Shown here in pieces: positions 17,902 through 27,138 of a stretch of 64,000 nucleotides of DNA (its first letter is position 1; every line of letters begins with the position of its first letter). The stretch comes from a virus. Both the position numbers and the translations under genes were made by a program. The notes beneath the pieces were generated by a model. The model saw only the letters and a list, made by a program, of their open reading frames with translations, was not told the DNA's origin and made no database searches. Location: positions 206,630 through 270,629 of the IMG/VR virus record IMGVR_UViG_3300017917_003822. The stretch is one strand, 5' to 3'.

Positions 17902-18936
17902 ATGAAAATAATTATCACAGGAGGTGCGGGTTATATTGGATCCCACACTGCAGTAGAAGCACTAAGAGCAGGTCATGAAGTTATCATTATAGATTCCTTC
18001 ATCAATTCATCGAGAGATGTACTTAAAAACATAGAAAAAGCATCAGGCAAGCCTTTTGTAGCTATCGATGTATGTATGACTCAGAATACGCTAGATATTG
18101 CGGAGAAGCTTTTTGGTTTTGCACATAACACCGATGCAATTATTCACTTTGCTGCATTAAAGGATTCCCCAGGATCAACAGAAAACCCGCTGGGATATTA
18201 TAGAAACAATATAGACTCATTGCTTAGTGCGCTGGGGGTTTCTAAATTACTTAAAATCAAGAACTTCATATTCTCCAGTTCTGCGACGGTTTATGGTTAT
18301 CCCGAGTATCTACCGATCAAAGAAACACACCCAATTCTAAGAGGAACTACACCATACGGGACTTCAAAAATAATGGGAGAATGGATTCTAGAGGATGTAA
18401 CCAGAGGTAACGATATGAGGTCCGTTGCACTGAGGTATTTTAATCCGGCTGGTGCAGATCACACTGGACTTATTGGGGAAATGCCAATAGGTAGAGCAAC
18501 AAACCTTGTACCTATTATAACACAATCAGCCGCTGGAATATATGGTCCGTTAAAAATAACTGGTACTGATTATTCAACTCCAGATGGCTCTGCGATTAGA
18601 GACTACATCCACGTGACGGACTTAGCAAAGGCGCACTTAGCGGCTCTAGATTGGATGGTTGACCACGAAATGAAGTTCTTTGAGACTTTTAATCTGGGTA
18701 CGGGTAGAGGAACATCGGTAATTGAAATGGCTGAATTGTTCGACAAGGAGATTGCCCCGGGCTTATTAAAAACAGAGTTTGCTGATAGAAGACCAGGAGA
18801 TCCGGCCGAAGTTTGGTGTGATTCATCAAAGGCACAAAGAATTCTTGGATGGAGATCTGAATTAGACAACTTGGATATTTTGAGAAGTGCCTGGGAGTGG
18901 CAGAAGAACATTGCAACTGAGAATTCGGATATATAA
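17902..18936 (+). CDS. galE: UDP-glucose 4-epimerase (NAD-dependent epimerase/dehydratase)
   Basis: GGAGYIGSH Rossmann motif, catalytic YGTSK, length 344 aa. Confidence 0.85.
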   Translation: MKIIITGGAGYIGSHTAVEALRAGHEVIIIDSFINSSRDVLKNIEKASGKPFVAIDVCMTQNTLDIAEKLFGFAHNTDAIIHFAALKDSPGSTENPLGYYRNNIDSLLSALGVSKLLKIKNFIFSSSATVYGYPEYLPIKETHPILRGTTPYGTSKIMGEWILEDVTRGNDMRSVALRYFNPAGADHTGLIGEMPIGRATNLVPIITQSAAGIYGPLKITGTDYSTPDGSAIRDYIHVTDLAKAHLAALDWMVDHEMKFFETFNLGTGRGTSVIEMAELFDKEIAPGLLKTEFADRRPGDPAEVWCDSSKAQRILGWRSELDNLDILRSAWEWQKNIATENSDI

Positions 18937-18939
18937 TGG

Positions 18940-19584
18940 ATGAAAAACATTAAACTATTCGAAGATTTTAGTAACATACCGGATTTCAATGATATTATTG
19001 ATCAGGTCGTAAAATTCCTTGAGAAGGATAAGAAGGACCTGATTTCAGTTAACAAGATGCATATAATCATAAAAAAAGCTTTTGATTCGGTCACGTTGGC
19101 CGAATTATTTAGCTTTCTGAATAATCTGGGATATAAAATGACAATATATCCCGACATTTCACCCTCCTCAATGAATTCGAGATTTACTGTAAGTAAAATA
19201 AACTACAAGGATCCCATAGGTGATCTAAAATACGGTCTTAGTTTATTAATAGATTCAAAGTTAGGAGAAAAGCAGACTAAAACCTGCATTAACATATTGG
19301 GAAACAACATTGGAATAACCAGTCTGGGTAATTTCATGCAGGATATTTTAATCAAAAAAATCAACGACAATGAAATTGATTTGCTTTTCTGGAACGGGAA
19401 ATATTTAGTTACAGGCGAATTTGAACAGACGTCCATCCACCGGGAGGATGATATGGTTGCATTAGACTTTGAAAGCTACGAGACTTCAGATAAAAGAGAC
19501 TATATTCTTTCCGCTACTGCATCAGGATCTTGGGCGGCAGGATATGATATTGAACAAATCGAATATATAGATTTTTTAAATTAA
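18940..19584 (+). CDS. hypothetical protein with MKNIKLFEDF N-terminal motif
   Basis: N-terminus matches the recurring motif seen on the minus-strand block proteins. Confidence 0.4.
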   Translation: MKNIKLFEDFSNIPDFNDIIDQVVKFLEKDKKDLISVNKMHIIIKKAFDSVTLAELFSFLNNLGYKMTIYPDISPSSMNSRFTVSKINYKDPIGDLKYGLSLLIDSKLGEKQTKTCINILGNNIGITSLGNFMQDILIKKINDNEIDLLFWNGKYLVTGEFEQTSIHREDDMVALDFESYETSDKRDYILSATASGSWAAGYDIEQIEYIDFLN

Positions 19585-20051
19585 TTCCCTATAGACATCC
19601 TTCTGTGTATTTGTTTTTTTGCATGATTTATCAGGTAGTCTCCAACTCCAGGAACTTTAAGAAGGTATGCTAATTCGGCTCTGTAACACACCAATTCTTC
19701 CTCATTTTCCGACATTTTTTGGTTACTCATCCTAATCATTAGGTGAAAGGATTCATGTACTAAAACCGCACATATGTTGTCTATATCATCATACTGAATG
19801 TCTCTTCGGGAGATGATGATAGTTCCTTTGGTGTCTATACCCCCGCCACTGTTGGTTGAAAAAGAACCATTCCAAAAGGAAATATTATTGCACGAGTTAA
19901 CTATAATGTCATAGTAGGCAGGATCAACGGATTTAATTTTATCCAAAGCCATCTGTGCCTTAACTTCCCAAAAATCACCAGCACGGTCTATTTTAATTTG
20001 GGCAGTTGAAAAAATGGGAAGGATAAATATTATCAATAGGTTTTTTAGCAT
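19581..20051 (-). CDS. secreted HExxH-motif protein (putative metallopeptidase)
   Basis: N-terminal signal MLKNLLIIFILPIFSTAQ. HESFH motif. Confidence 0.35.
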   Translation of the reverse strand: MLKNLLIIFILPIFSTAQIKIDRAGDFWEVKAQMALDKIKSVDPAYYDIIVNSCNNISFWNGSFSTNSGGGIDTKGTIIISRRDIQYDDIDNICAVLVHESFHLMIRMSNQKMSENEEELVCYRAELAYLLKVPGVGDYLINHAKKQIHRRMSIGN

Positions 20052-20078
20052 AACCTATATATTTTTAAAAAAGAGAGA

Positions 20079-20522
20079 ATGATGACTAGATCAAAAACAA
20101 AAAAGCAACCGGAAAAAAGAAGTGACGAGATTACCGATCTGGAGGTTGCTAGAAAAATGTTAAAAATATACCAGAGCGCACAGGACAGAAAGCTTGACTT
20201 TGATCTTGGCTTTGAGTCGGTTAAAAAATTATTGTCATACCCAACTTGTTACTATACTGGAAGAAGATTTGAAGAGGAAGGTTCGTTTTCCAGAAGTTTC
20301 GATAGAGTTGATTCATCCAAGGGATACGTCGAGGGAAATGTTGTTGCATGCACTGTTGACATTAACGGGAAAAAGAGCAATTTATCGGTGGAGGAAATAG
20401 AATGTCTGTACATTAAATTGGTTAAGCCTCAATCGTTTAAAATGGAGGAGTCCAAAAAAATAGAAATGGAGGTAAATTTCCAGGAAATAAATAATCTGGA
20501 GGGGAACCAGGAGGATATATAA
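20079..20522 (+). CDS. HNH-family endonuclease-like protein
   Basis: CYYTG...SFDRVDSSKGYVEGNVVACTVDINGKKSN resembles phage HNH homing endonucleases (SIDRIDxxKGY...N). Confidence 0.4.
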   Translation: MMTRSKTKKQPEKRSDEITDLEVARKMLKIYQSAQDRKLDFDLGFESVKKLLSYPTCYYTGRRFEEEGSFSRSFDRVDSSKGYVEGNVVACTVDINGKKSNLSVEEIECLYIKLVKPQSFKMEESKKIEMEVNFQEINNLEGNQEDI

Positions 20523-20525
20523 TGA

Positions 20526-21329
20526 ATGGAGATAAAAAATTTTAATACCTGGATAACTGAATCTGAAGACCCGGATAATGGTATAGTAAACAAGGACCAC
20601 ATAGATAAATTAATCAACGATGTGGATTTTTTAAAAAGAGTACCCAAGGGAGATCTACGTTTTGAGGTTCTTAAAAACGGTCAGCAACCACCATTAAAGT
20701 TTTATCTAATTAGGATAATGACGCATGGAAGCCTCTATAGACAAATAAACAGGCTGCTGGATGAAACCGGATTTGATGTTGTACCCGATATGGTTGGTAA
20801 TTATATTACAATTACAATTTTAATTGATGATAGCCTTCCCGGAGGCGATTTTAAAATCAAACAGCTATATGACTGGAGTGAAAGACATAATATGACTGTT
20901 TTATCAAACCCGAAGAACTATGATCAATTAAAAAACGTTGTAGAGAAATCAATTGAACATATTTTCGAGAAAATAAAACAGGTTAGATTGATTGTCCCAT
21001 CAAACATAAGAAAGATTGAAGGATTCTCGGATAAGATTAAGGAGAGCGTAAAGTCCCTTTACGATGGTATAATTGATAATTTTATTGAGAATGGAAGTAT
21101 ACCAAACGAACTAATTGATGATGATATTCTGACTGAAATTTTCACTAAAACTCTTCATGAAAATCCACAGTACATTGAGAAAATAAACAATCTACCTCCA
21201 TCTGCTAAGAAGAGGATTTTTAAAAGCTCGTTGGATCTTTTCAAGGACGATAATATTGAAATAAATCAAAAAACTCTGAACGGCATAGTGGCGTTCTTCA
21301 AAGTTAAAAAAACATGGGGGATGATATGA
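20526..21329 (+). CDS. hypothetical protein
   Basis: 267-aa ORF. Confidence 0.4.
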   Translation: MEIKNFNTWITESEDPDNGIVNKDHIDKLINDVDFLKRVPKGDLRFEVLKNGQQPPLKFYLIRIMTHGSLYRQINRLLDETGFDVVPDMVGNYITITILIDDSLPGGDFKIKQLYDWSERHNMTVLSNPKNYDQLKNVVEKSIEHIFEKIKQVRLIVPSNIRKIEGFSDKIKESVKSLYDGIIDNFIENGSIPNELIDDDILTEIFTKTLHENPQYIEKINNLPPSAKKRIFKSSLDLFKDDNIEINQKTLNGIVAFFKVKKTWGMI

Positions 21330-21724
21330 CAAAAAATCTAAAAACCTTTGAAAGCTGGAATAGTAAGGACGACGAAATAGAGAATCTTCAGGAGTTGCTT
21401 AATTATAACATGGATTATATTAGAGAACTCTTCGATGAGAGAACCATGGAATCGGATTTCTTGGAAATTTCGGAACCGGAAGAATTTGTGGTTGAATATT
21501 GGCCTAAATCTTTGGATGGAGCCATTCCAAAGAGAATCTCATATTATATAGACGAGATCGCGGAGAAAATATCGGAGCGAATGAAAAATAAAATCGATTG
21601 GAGATTCTCACCTAACGGCAACGTGCAGAGAATAATTTTCGAACTCGATAGTCCTGTAAATACGGAACATTTGGAACTCGTCAGAAAATTTAATAAAACA
21701 AAAGAAAAACTAAGATACACATAA
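21314..21724 (+). CDS. hypothetical protein
   Basis: 136-aa ORF. Confidence 0.35.
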   Translation: MGDDMTKNLKTFESWNSKDDEIENLQELLNYNMDYIRELFDERTMESDFLEISEPEEFVVEYWPKSLDGAIPKRISYYIDEIAEKISERMKNKIDWRFSPNGNVQRIIFELDSPVNTEHLELVRKFNKTKEKLRYT

Positions 21725-21754
21725 ATCCGGATTTAACCCCGGATTTATTTTTTT
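21722..21754 (+). terminator. rho-independent terminator
   Basis: 9-bp stem TAAATCCGG/CCGGATTTA, 8-nt loop, then a T7 run. It overlaps the stop codon. Confidence 0.5.
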
Positions 21755-21779
21755 GTAACGGATTCATTTATTACATTTG
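21748..21779 (+). promoter_or_regulatory. promoter-like motif copy 5
   Basis: TTTTTTT-GTAACGGA-N9-TACATTTG, immediately after terminator 21722-21754. Confidence 0.4.
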
Positions 21780-21797
21780 CCAGATAATATAGAAAAA

Positions 21798-22085
21798 ATG
21801 GATCATCTTTCAAAATACTTATCTTCGCCAAAACCGGAGGAAATAGTAGTCCAGTCCAGATATTCATATGTTGATCAATTACATTTGGAGAATAGTAATG
21901 TGGATATCGAGAGTGCACTTAAGAACGATATAGCTAGAAAAATGGTTGATATTTTAATCGAGAGGAATCTGATTGAATTTAAAATGATTAACACAACAAA
22001 TCCATACGAAGCTTCAGTTACGATTTCAGGTAAAATAAAAGTCCAACCTCCGTATTTAGAATTTAAACTTTCAGGAATGATATGA
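21798..22085 (+). CDS. hypothetical protein
   Basis: Track start 21777 is TTG inside the -7 box. ATG at 21798 gives MDHLSKY... Confidence 0.35.
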   Translation: MDHLSKYLSSPKPEEIVVQSRYSYVDQLHLENSNVDIESALKNDIARKMVDILIERNLIEFKMINTTNPYEASVTISGKIKVQPPYLEFKLSGMI

Positions 22086-22525
22086 TCAAGAAATCTGTAA
22101 ATATAGTTAATAAAAAGGCAAAATTTGAGTTCGAGTTCATCAGGGTTTTAGATGCTGGAATTCAGCTAACCGGATCCGAGGTCAAATCAATTAGGGATTC
22201 AAAAGTGGATTTTACAGATTCATATTGCTATTTTGTAAATAATGAGTTATTCATTAAGAATTTACACATTTCGTCCAATGACTATCGTTATTCACACGAT
22301 CCCAAAAGAGAAAGAAAACTACTTCTTAAAAGGAGAGAACTAGATAAGCTACAGAAGGATCTCGTTAAAAATATGAGCATAGTTCCATATAGAATTCACG
22401 AAAACGGAAAATCTCTACTAAAAATAGAAATAGCTTTGGGTAGAGGAAAAAAACTTTATGATAAAAGAGAAACTATCAAAAGTAGGGACATCGAAAGAGA
22501 AACACAAAAACAACTTAAGGGATAA
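22082..22525 (+). CDS. smpB: SsrA-binding protein SmpB homolog
   Basis: NKKAKFEFEFIRVLDAGIQLTGSEVKSIRDSKVDFTDSY, HDPKRERKLLLKRRELDKL and GRGKKLYDKRETIK align closely with bacterial SmpB. Confidence 0.85.
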   Translation: MIKKSVNIVNKKAKFEFEFIRVLDAGIQLTGSEVKSIRDSKVDFTDSYCYFVNNELFIKNLHISSNDYRYSHDPKRERKLLLKRRELDKLQKDLVKNMSIVPYRIHENGKSLLKIEIALGRGKKLYDKRETIKSRDIERETQKQLKG

Positions 22526-22541
22526 TCAAAATTTATTTATC

Positions 22542-23093
22542 ATGGAAAAGAAAATCAACTTCGTCATCAGCAAAGAAGATAAGATTCGTTGGATCATAGA
22601 AAAACACGTTCAGACAAATCACCAATATTCAGAATATTTACCGTACGAGTTTCATTTAAGAATGGTAGCTCAGGTTGCTAAAGACTTCGACTACCTTATA
22701 CCATCCGAAGAAATGAGGGAGTCGATATTGATAGCTGCATACGGTCACGATCTTATCGAGGATACCAGAGTTTCCTATAATGATGTTAAATCTATCCTCG
22801 GCGTAACTGTGGCTGATATTATCTATGCATTAACCAATGAGAAGGGTAAAAATAGAAAGGAGAGAGCAAATTCTAAATATTATGAGGGCATCTTAGAAAC
22901 TCCAGGTGCAGTTTTTGTTAAACTCTGCGATCGTATTGCCAATGTTCAGTATTCTAAAATGACCAAAAGCAGAATGTTCGAAATGTACAAGAAGGAGAAT
23001 CCAGAATTTCTAACCAGTCTGGGATTTCCTAAGGGACAAAGTCACCCATTGGAGCCAATGAGTAAATATTTGTTAAATTTATTTGAGGATTAA
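22542..23093 (+). CDS. HD-domain hydrolase resembling small alarmone (p)ppGpp hydrolases (Mesh1/SpoT-HD-like)
   Basis: AAYGHDLIEDT...LGVTVADIIYALTNEKG...VFVKLCDRIANV fits the RelA/SpoT HD pattern (HDxxED...LADRLHN). ATG at 22542; the track extension overlaps smpB. Confidence 0.5.
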   Translation: MEKKINFVISKEDKIRWIIEKHVQTNHQYSEYLPYEFHLRMVAQVAKDFDYLIPSEEMRESILIAAYGHDLIEDTRVSYNDVKSILGVTVADIIYALTNEKGKNRKERANSKYYEGILETPGAVFVKLCDRIANVQYSKMTKSRMFEMYKKENPEFLTSLGFPKGQSHPLEPMSKYLLNLFED

Positions 23094-23096
23094 ATT

Positions 23097-23375
23097 ATGA
23101 AACATAAGGCCATCAGAGGTAACAGGGGTAACGGAAAACCAGCTAATCCCTACGCATATCCGGTTTCAAGTAACAGTACCACATATTATGGAATGACCCT
23201 GAGGGACCATTTTGCTGGGATAGCAATGCAGGGTCTGATCAGTAATTTTAAAGGTGATGTTTCCGCTAATTATGAAATTGTATCTATTGCTTCCTACAAG
23301 ATGGCCGATGCCATGCTAAAGGAAAGATGCATAGAGAGATCATTAGATACTGATGACGACCAATCAAAATTTTAA
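23097..23375 (+). CDS. hypothetical protein
   Basis: 92-aa ORF. Confidence 0.35.
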   Translation: MKHKAIRGNRGNGKPANPYAYPVSSNSTTYYGMTLRDHFAGIAMQGLISNFKGDVSANYEIVSIASYKMADAMLKERCIERSLDTDDDQSKF

Positions 23376-23384
23376 CGTTTATAA

Positions 23385-23417
23385 TTTTTTAATCCCGAAT
23401 GATATTCATATATTTAG
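23385..23417 (+). promoter_or_regulatory. promoter-like motif copy 6
   Basis: TTTTTT-AATCCCGA-N10-TATATTTAG. Confidence 0.35.
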
Positions 23418-23435
23418 GAAACTAAAATTAAAAGG

Positions 23436-23843
23436 ATGAAAAGATTAGAAAATTTTTTAGATACTGCCTCGACATGGAAGGTTTTTATTTTTGGATGGGT
23501 ATTTTCTGGAGTATTGGCCTTTCTATTATTTCAGTTCCTTCCAGACGGTACAGAATTGGAGAGAGACGCATTTATTAATTTTAAGATTGGTGCCACGATG
23601 GGGATTATATTAGGATTAGTTTTCGCTCTTCTGAACTCAATGGCCAAAAAATCTCAAAAATTTTGGGATTACTCAAAAGAAGTTAAATCGTTAATAGATA
23701 AGGCGGAAACTAAGGAGGAATTAAGTTCCATTTATAAAAATGAATTTAATACTTTGAGAAATTTATCGATGGGCAACCCACACTCAATGGAACTAACAAG
23801 ATTGTTCGCAATCTTGCAAACAAAACATAAATATGGAAAATAA
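23436..23843 (+). CDS. membrane protein
   Basis: Two hydrophobic segments near the N-terminus. Confidence 0.4.
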   Translation: MKRLENFLDTASTWKVFIFGWVFSGVLAFLLFQFLPDGTELERDAFINFKIGATMGIILGLVFALLNSMAKKSQKFWDYSKEVKSLIDKAETKEELSSIYKNEFNTLRNLSMGNPHSMELTRLFAILQTKHKYGK

Positions 23844-24501
23844 AAAGAAACATTTGGATGTGGAAAATCCAATGGCAATTCTTGCTGCTTTTACTCAAAT
23901 GATTTCTGATCCAGGTATCGGAAATTACTTTGGTGGTCTCATCAAAGAAATGGATCCAGAATCAAAGTACCCACACGACAAATTAGGTGGCGGCTATGAA
24001 TTACGTGAAATTGAAATTCTTGCAGAGGGTGGTCAATTCATCGTAAATAATCGAGAAAAATACTCACATTTATACCATAACGGATTAAAAGTTTCTGATG
24101 AAGTCTTTCGTAGAGGTGGAACCGGTGGTAAATTCAAGGATGGTTATTGTAAACTAATTCATTACATTCAAAAGGAGCCTCATACTGAAAAACGTCACGG
24201 ATTTGATTTTGGTACTCATGTTATCATTAATCACTTAGGTGATATTAAGCTGAAAGGAGAAGGTATATCCTCATACCCGGACCATATAGGAGGACACTTG
24301 GGATCTCTTGGTAATTATGTATATGACTTAAGAACAGGTGAAGCGATTGCGGTGAAAAGCTCAACCTCCATTACTGGCTCTAATTGTATCATAATCGATC
24401 ACCGTTACGAATGGTACAATAAGGATATCTCAATGCCTCTAGGCATTTACCAAATAGATTTCTGGACAGCAGAAATCAAAAAAATTGACGACGTAAAATA
24501 A
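23833..24501 (+). CDS. hypothetical protein
   Basis: 222-aa ORF. Confidence 0.4.
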   Translation: MENKKKHLDVENPMAILAAFTQMISDPGIGNYFGGLIKEMDPESKYPHDKLGGGYELREIEILAEGGQFIVNNREKYSHLYHNGLKVSDEVFRRGGTGGKFKDGYCKLIHYIQKEPHTEKRHGFDFGTHVIINHLGDIKLKGEGISSYPDHIGGHLGSLGNYVYDLRTGEAIAVKSSTSITGSNCIIIDHRYEWYNKDISMPLGIYQIDFWTAEIKKIDDVK

Positions 24502-24508
24502 ATCTACT

Positions 24509-25009
24509 ATGAAATTTAACTATATAGAAGGGGATTTAATCAAGTTAGCTAAAGAGGGTAAATTTGATGTCATCACACACGGATGCAACTGTTTATCCAC
24601 AATGGGAGCCGGAATTGCACCACAAATGGCAAAAGCTTTCGGGTGCGACAAATTTGAGATGGAGTTAATCGGACCAGATATCAATAAACTGGGAAACATC
24701 GACTACCAAACCATGGTTTTAGGTGAGAATGCAGTTTGGTCACTGGAGGATTTTAAAAATAATAGAAATGAACCTGAATTGATTGTTATTAATTCATACA
24801 CTCAATATCACTACGGAGGTCAAAAACCTCTAGATTATGAGGCATTGACATTGTGTCTCCGTAAAATCAATCATCAATTCAAAGGAAAGCATATCGGATT
24901 ACCAAAGATTGGAGCTGGATTGGCAGGAGGAAACTGGAATCGAATAGAGCACATCATACAAACGGAATTAAAAGACATGGAGGTGTCAGTGGTAATCTAT
25001 AAAGGATAA
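24509..25009 (+). CDS. Macro domain protein (ADP-ribose binding/processing)
   Basis: GDLIKL...DVITHGCNCLSTMGAGIA and IGLPKIGAGLAGGNW resemble macro-domain motifs (GDIT..DAIVNAAN..GGGV; AFPAISTG). Confidence 0.5.
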   Translation: MKFNYIEGDLIKLAKEGKFDVITHGCNCLSTMGAGIAPQMAKAFGCDKFEMELIGPDINKLGNIDYQTMVLGENAVWSLEDFKNNRNEPELIVINSYTQYHYGGQKPLDYEALTLCLRKINHQFKGKHIGLPKIGAGLAGGNWNRIEHIIQTELKDMEVSVVIYKG

Positions 25010-25030
25010 GAAACAAAGAAAAATATTAAA

Positions 25031-25189
25031 ATGAAAAGATTAAAAGACTTACTGGCTCCAGCCTACTTAGGATTTGCACTTTCTTTTTTTGCAAATCTGA
25101 GCTTTACAAACCCAAAATTTTGGGCAATATTAATTCCATTCCTGGTTATTGTAAAAGTAACAGGATTTAACACAAAAGAGAATGAGTAG
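25031..25189 (+). CDS. small membrane protein (52 aa, not in track)
   Basis: MKRLKDLLAPAYLGFALSFFANLSFTNPKFWAILIPFLVIV... Confidence 0.25.
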   Translation: MKRLKDLLAPAYLGFALSFFANLSFTNPKFWAILIPFLVIVKVTGFNTKENE

Positions 25190-25763
25190 AACAGAATTTC
25201 ACACAGGAAAATTATACCCGGTTAGATTCTCAGGATCTTTAGAAGAGGCCTGCAGGGATATTGCTAGAAGACACAATTTTGATCTTGGAGAAAACTGGAA
25301 GGAAGAATTCAGAGATAAATTTGACGAATATTCAAATAAAAAGGATCATGCCTCAGAGGAGTACTTTATTCATGGTGAAAATTTATATCGGGTAATAGAT
25401 CACGAGGAGAGTGACTCAGAGGAATATTTCATGAAGCTTATTAGAAATTCGGACGGTAGCATCTCATTTATAGGTCAATTTTATAACGGGGGTACATGTT
25501 TCTCGGAAATGCTGGAAGATGCACTTAGTGAACTAAAGCCGACCTACGTTGAACTTATAAGAAATGAGATTGATGAAATTGTTAAAGAACACAACCAACC
25601 TCAACCTAAGACTGTTCCAAGTGCAGGATCTCTGATTATGAAATATAGAGGTCTTGATAGAGCAAGGAAGCTTTTTGAGGGTGCAGCAGAGGAAACGAAA
25701 TCAGACGTATTTAAAAGTTCGGCTTACGAAGCAACCCTGAAAACAATTCTTAAATCTAATTAA
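25182..25763 (+). CDS. hypothetical protein
   Basis: 193-aa ORF. Confidence 0.4.
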   Translation: MSRTEFHTGKLYPVRFSGSLEEACRDIARRHNFDLGENWKEEFRDKFDEYSNKKDHASEEYFIHGENLYRVIDHEESDSEEYFMKLIRNSDGSISFIGQFYNGGTCFSEMLEDALSELKPTYVELIRNEIDEIVKEHNQPQPKTVPSAGSLIMKYRGLDRARKLFEGAAEETKSDVFKSSAYEATLKTILKSN

Positions 25764-26285
25764 ATGAAAACAATAGAGATAGAGGATTCGGTATACGAAA
25801 AGCTAATTGAGCTTGCAACCGAGATGACGACTCAAGATCCTAGATGTACGAGGATGCCTCACATGTTCCAGATCAGAGACTGGGAAAGAGATTATGATTG
25901 GAACCTAAATGGTGATACTAAGTGCTGGATCGATCGAGATGACGACTTTACTGTTATTGAGACGCTCGAAGAGTTCAAAGATCATCTGGCGTACTTGGGA
26001 ATTGATGCACCTGAAAATATTAATGAGCTTTGGGAGGACGATTGGGATTTAAAGGATTGGATCTCCGATAACTGCGATCGATTAGAAGAATGCTCGTATT
26101 CAATGAGAGCAATCTATAAGAACTGCTTCTTAACCGCAAAGGCTGCTGAAGAACATTTAAAGTCGAATTATTATCACTATCATCCAAACGCGGATGTTTA
26201 TTTAAATCATGCTTGGAGAAATCCGGAGGCAGATCTTGTATCGGAGTTTCTGTGCAGTTTGGTAGGAAAATCACTACATACATAG
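25764..26285 (+). CDS. hypothetical protein
   Basis: 173-aa acidic ORF. Confidence 0.4.
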   Translation: MKTIEIEDSVYEKLIELATEMTTQDPRCTRMPHMFQIRDWERDYDWNLNGDTKCWIDRDDDFTVIETLEEFKDHLAYLGIDAPENINELWEDDWDLKDWISDNCDRLEECSYSMRAIYKNCFLTAKAAEEHLKSNYYHYHPNADVYLNHAWRNPEADLVSEFLCSLVGKSLHT

Positions 26286-26364
26286 AACTTTTTCGGAGTA
26301 CTGATCTATAATAACAATTAACCAGCATCCAACCCAACGGAAGGTTGCACAATACCATATAATT

Positions 26365-27138
26365 ATGAAAGACGCACTAGGCGACAGAATGAAAGAGTTC
26401 TATGAGGATAGAACTAGAATCAAACTCCCAAGGAGAACCTACACAATTATCCGCATCGACGGAAAAGCATTTCACACTTACACAAAAGGATTAGAAAGAC
26501 CGTTTGACGAAGGTCTAATTGAAGACATGAACGGCACGACTGCATACCTGTGCAAGAATATACAGGGTGCTAAATTCGGTTACGTCCAATCCGATGAGAT
26601 CTCACTAGTATTAACAGATTTTGATGATCTAAGTACACACGCATGGTTTGATAACAATCTTCAAAAGATGGCTTCTGTTGCAGCATCGATGGCCACATCT
26701 GAATTTAATCGATTGAGATTGATGAGAGATTCAAAGAACGGAGCACTTGATATTCGAGAGCTAAACCTTTTTAAAATGGCACAGTTTGATGCTAGAGTGT
26801 TTCAAATTCCATTTATCGATGAAGTTGAAAACTACTTCATCTGGAGACAACAGGATGCAGTAAGGAATAGTATATCATCAGTTGCACAAAGCCTATACAG
26901 TCCAAAGCAACTACACGGGGTTAAGACTGATCAGATGCAGGAGATGATCTTTCAAAAAGGAATTAATTGGAACGACTATGATTTCCGTCTGAAAAGAGGT
27001 GCAGTTATCGGGAAGGTCCCAGTTGAGCTAACCAGCGGGGACGTAACTTACACAAGGAATAGATGGATGGTAATAGACACTCCAACATTTACTCAGGATA
27101 GAGAATTCATTAAAAATCTTTTAAAAATAGAAAAATGA
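26365..27138 (+). CDS. Thg1-like protein (tRNA-His guanylyltransferase family, 3'-5' nucleotidyltransferase)
   Basis: TIIRIDGKAFHTY, YVQSDEISLVL and FDARVFQIP...IWRQQDAVRNS align with the Thg1 N-terminal catalytic core (VVRLDGRNFHRF; YGQSDEYSFVF; FDGRVVVYP...SWRQADCHINN). Confidence 0.8.
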   Translation: MKDALGDRMKEFYEDRTRIKLPRRTYTIIRIDGKAFHTYTKGLERPFDEGLIEDMNGTTAYLCKNIQGAKFGYVQSDEISLVLTDFDDLSTHAWFDNNLQKMASVAASMATSEFNRLRLMRDSKNGALDIRELNLFKMAQFDARVFQIPFIDEVENYFIWRQQDAVRNSISSVAQSLYSPKQLHGVKTDQMQEMIFQKGINWNDYDFRLKRGAVIGKVPVELTSGDVTYTRNRWMVIDTPTFTQDREFIKNLLKIEK

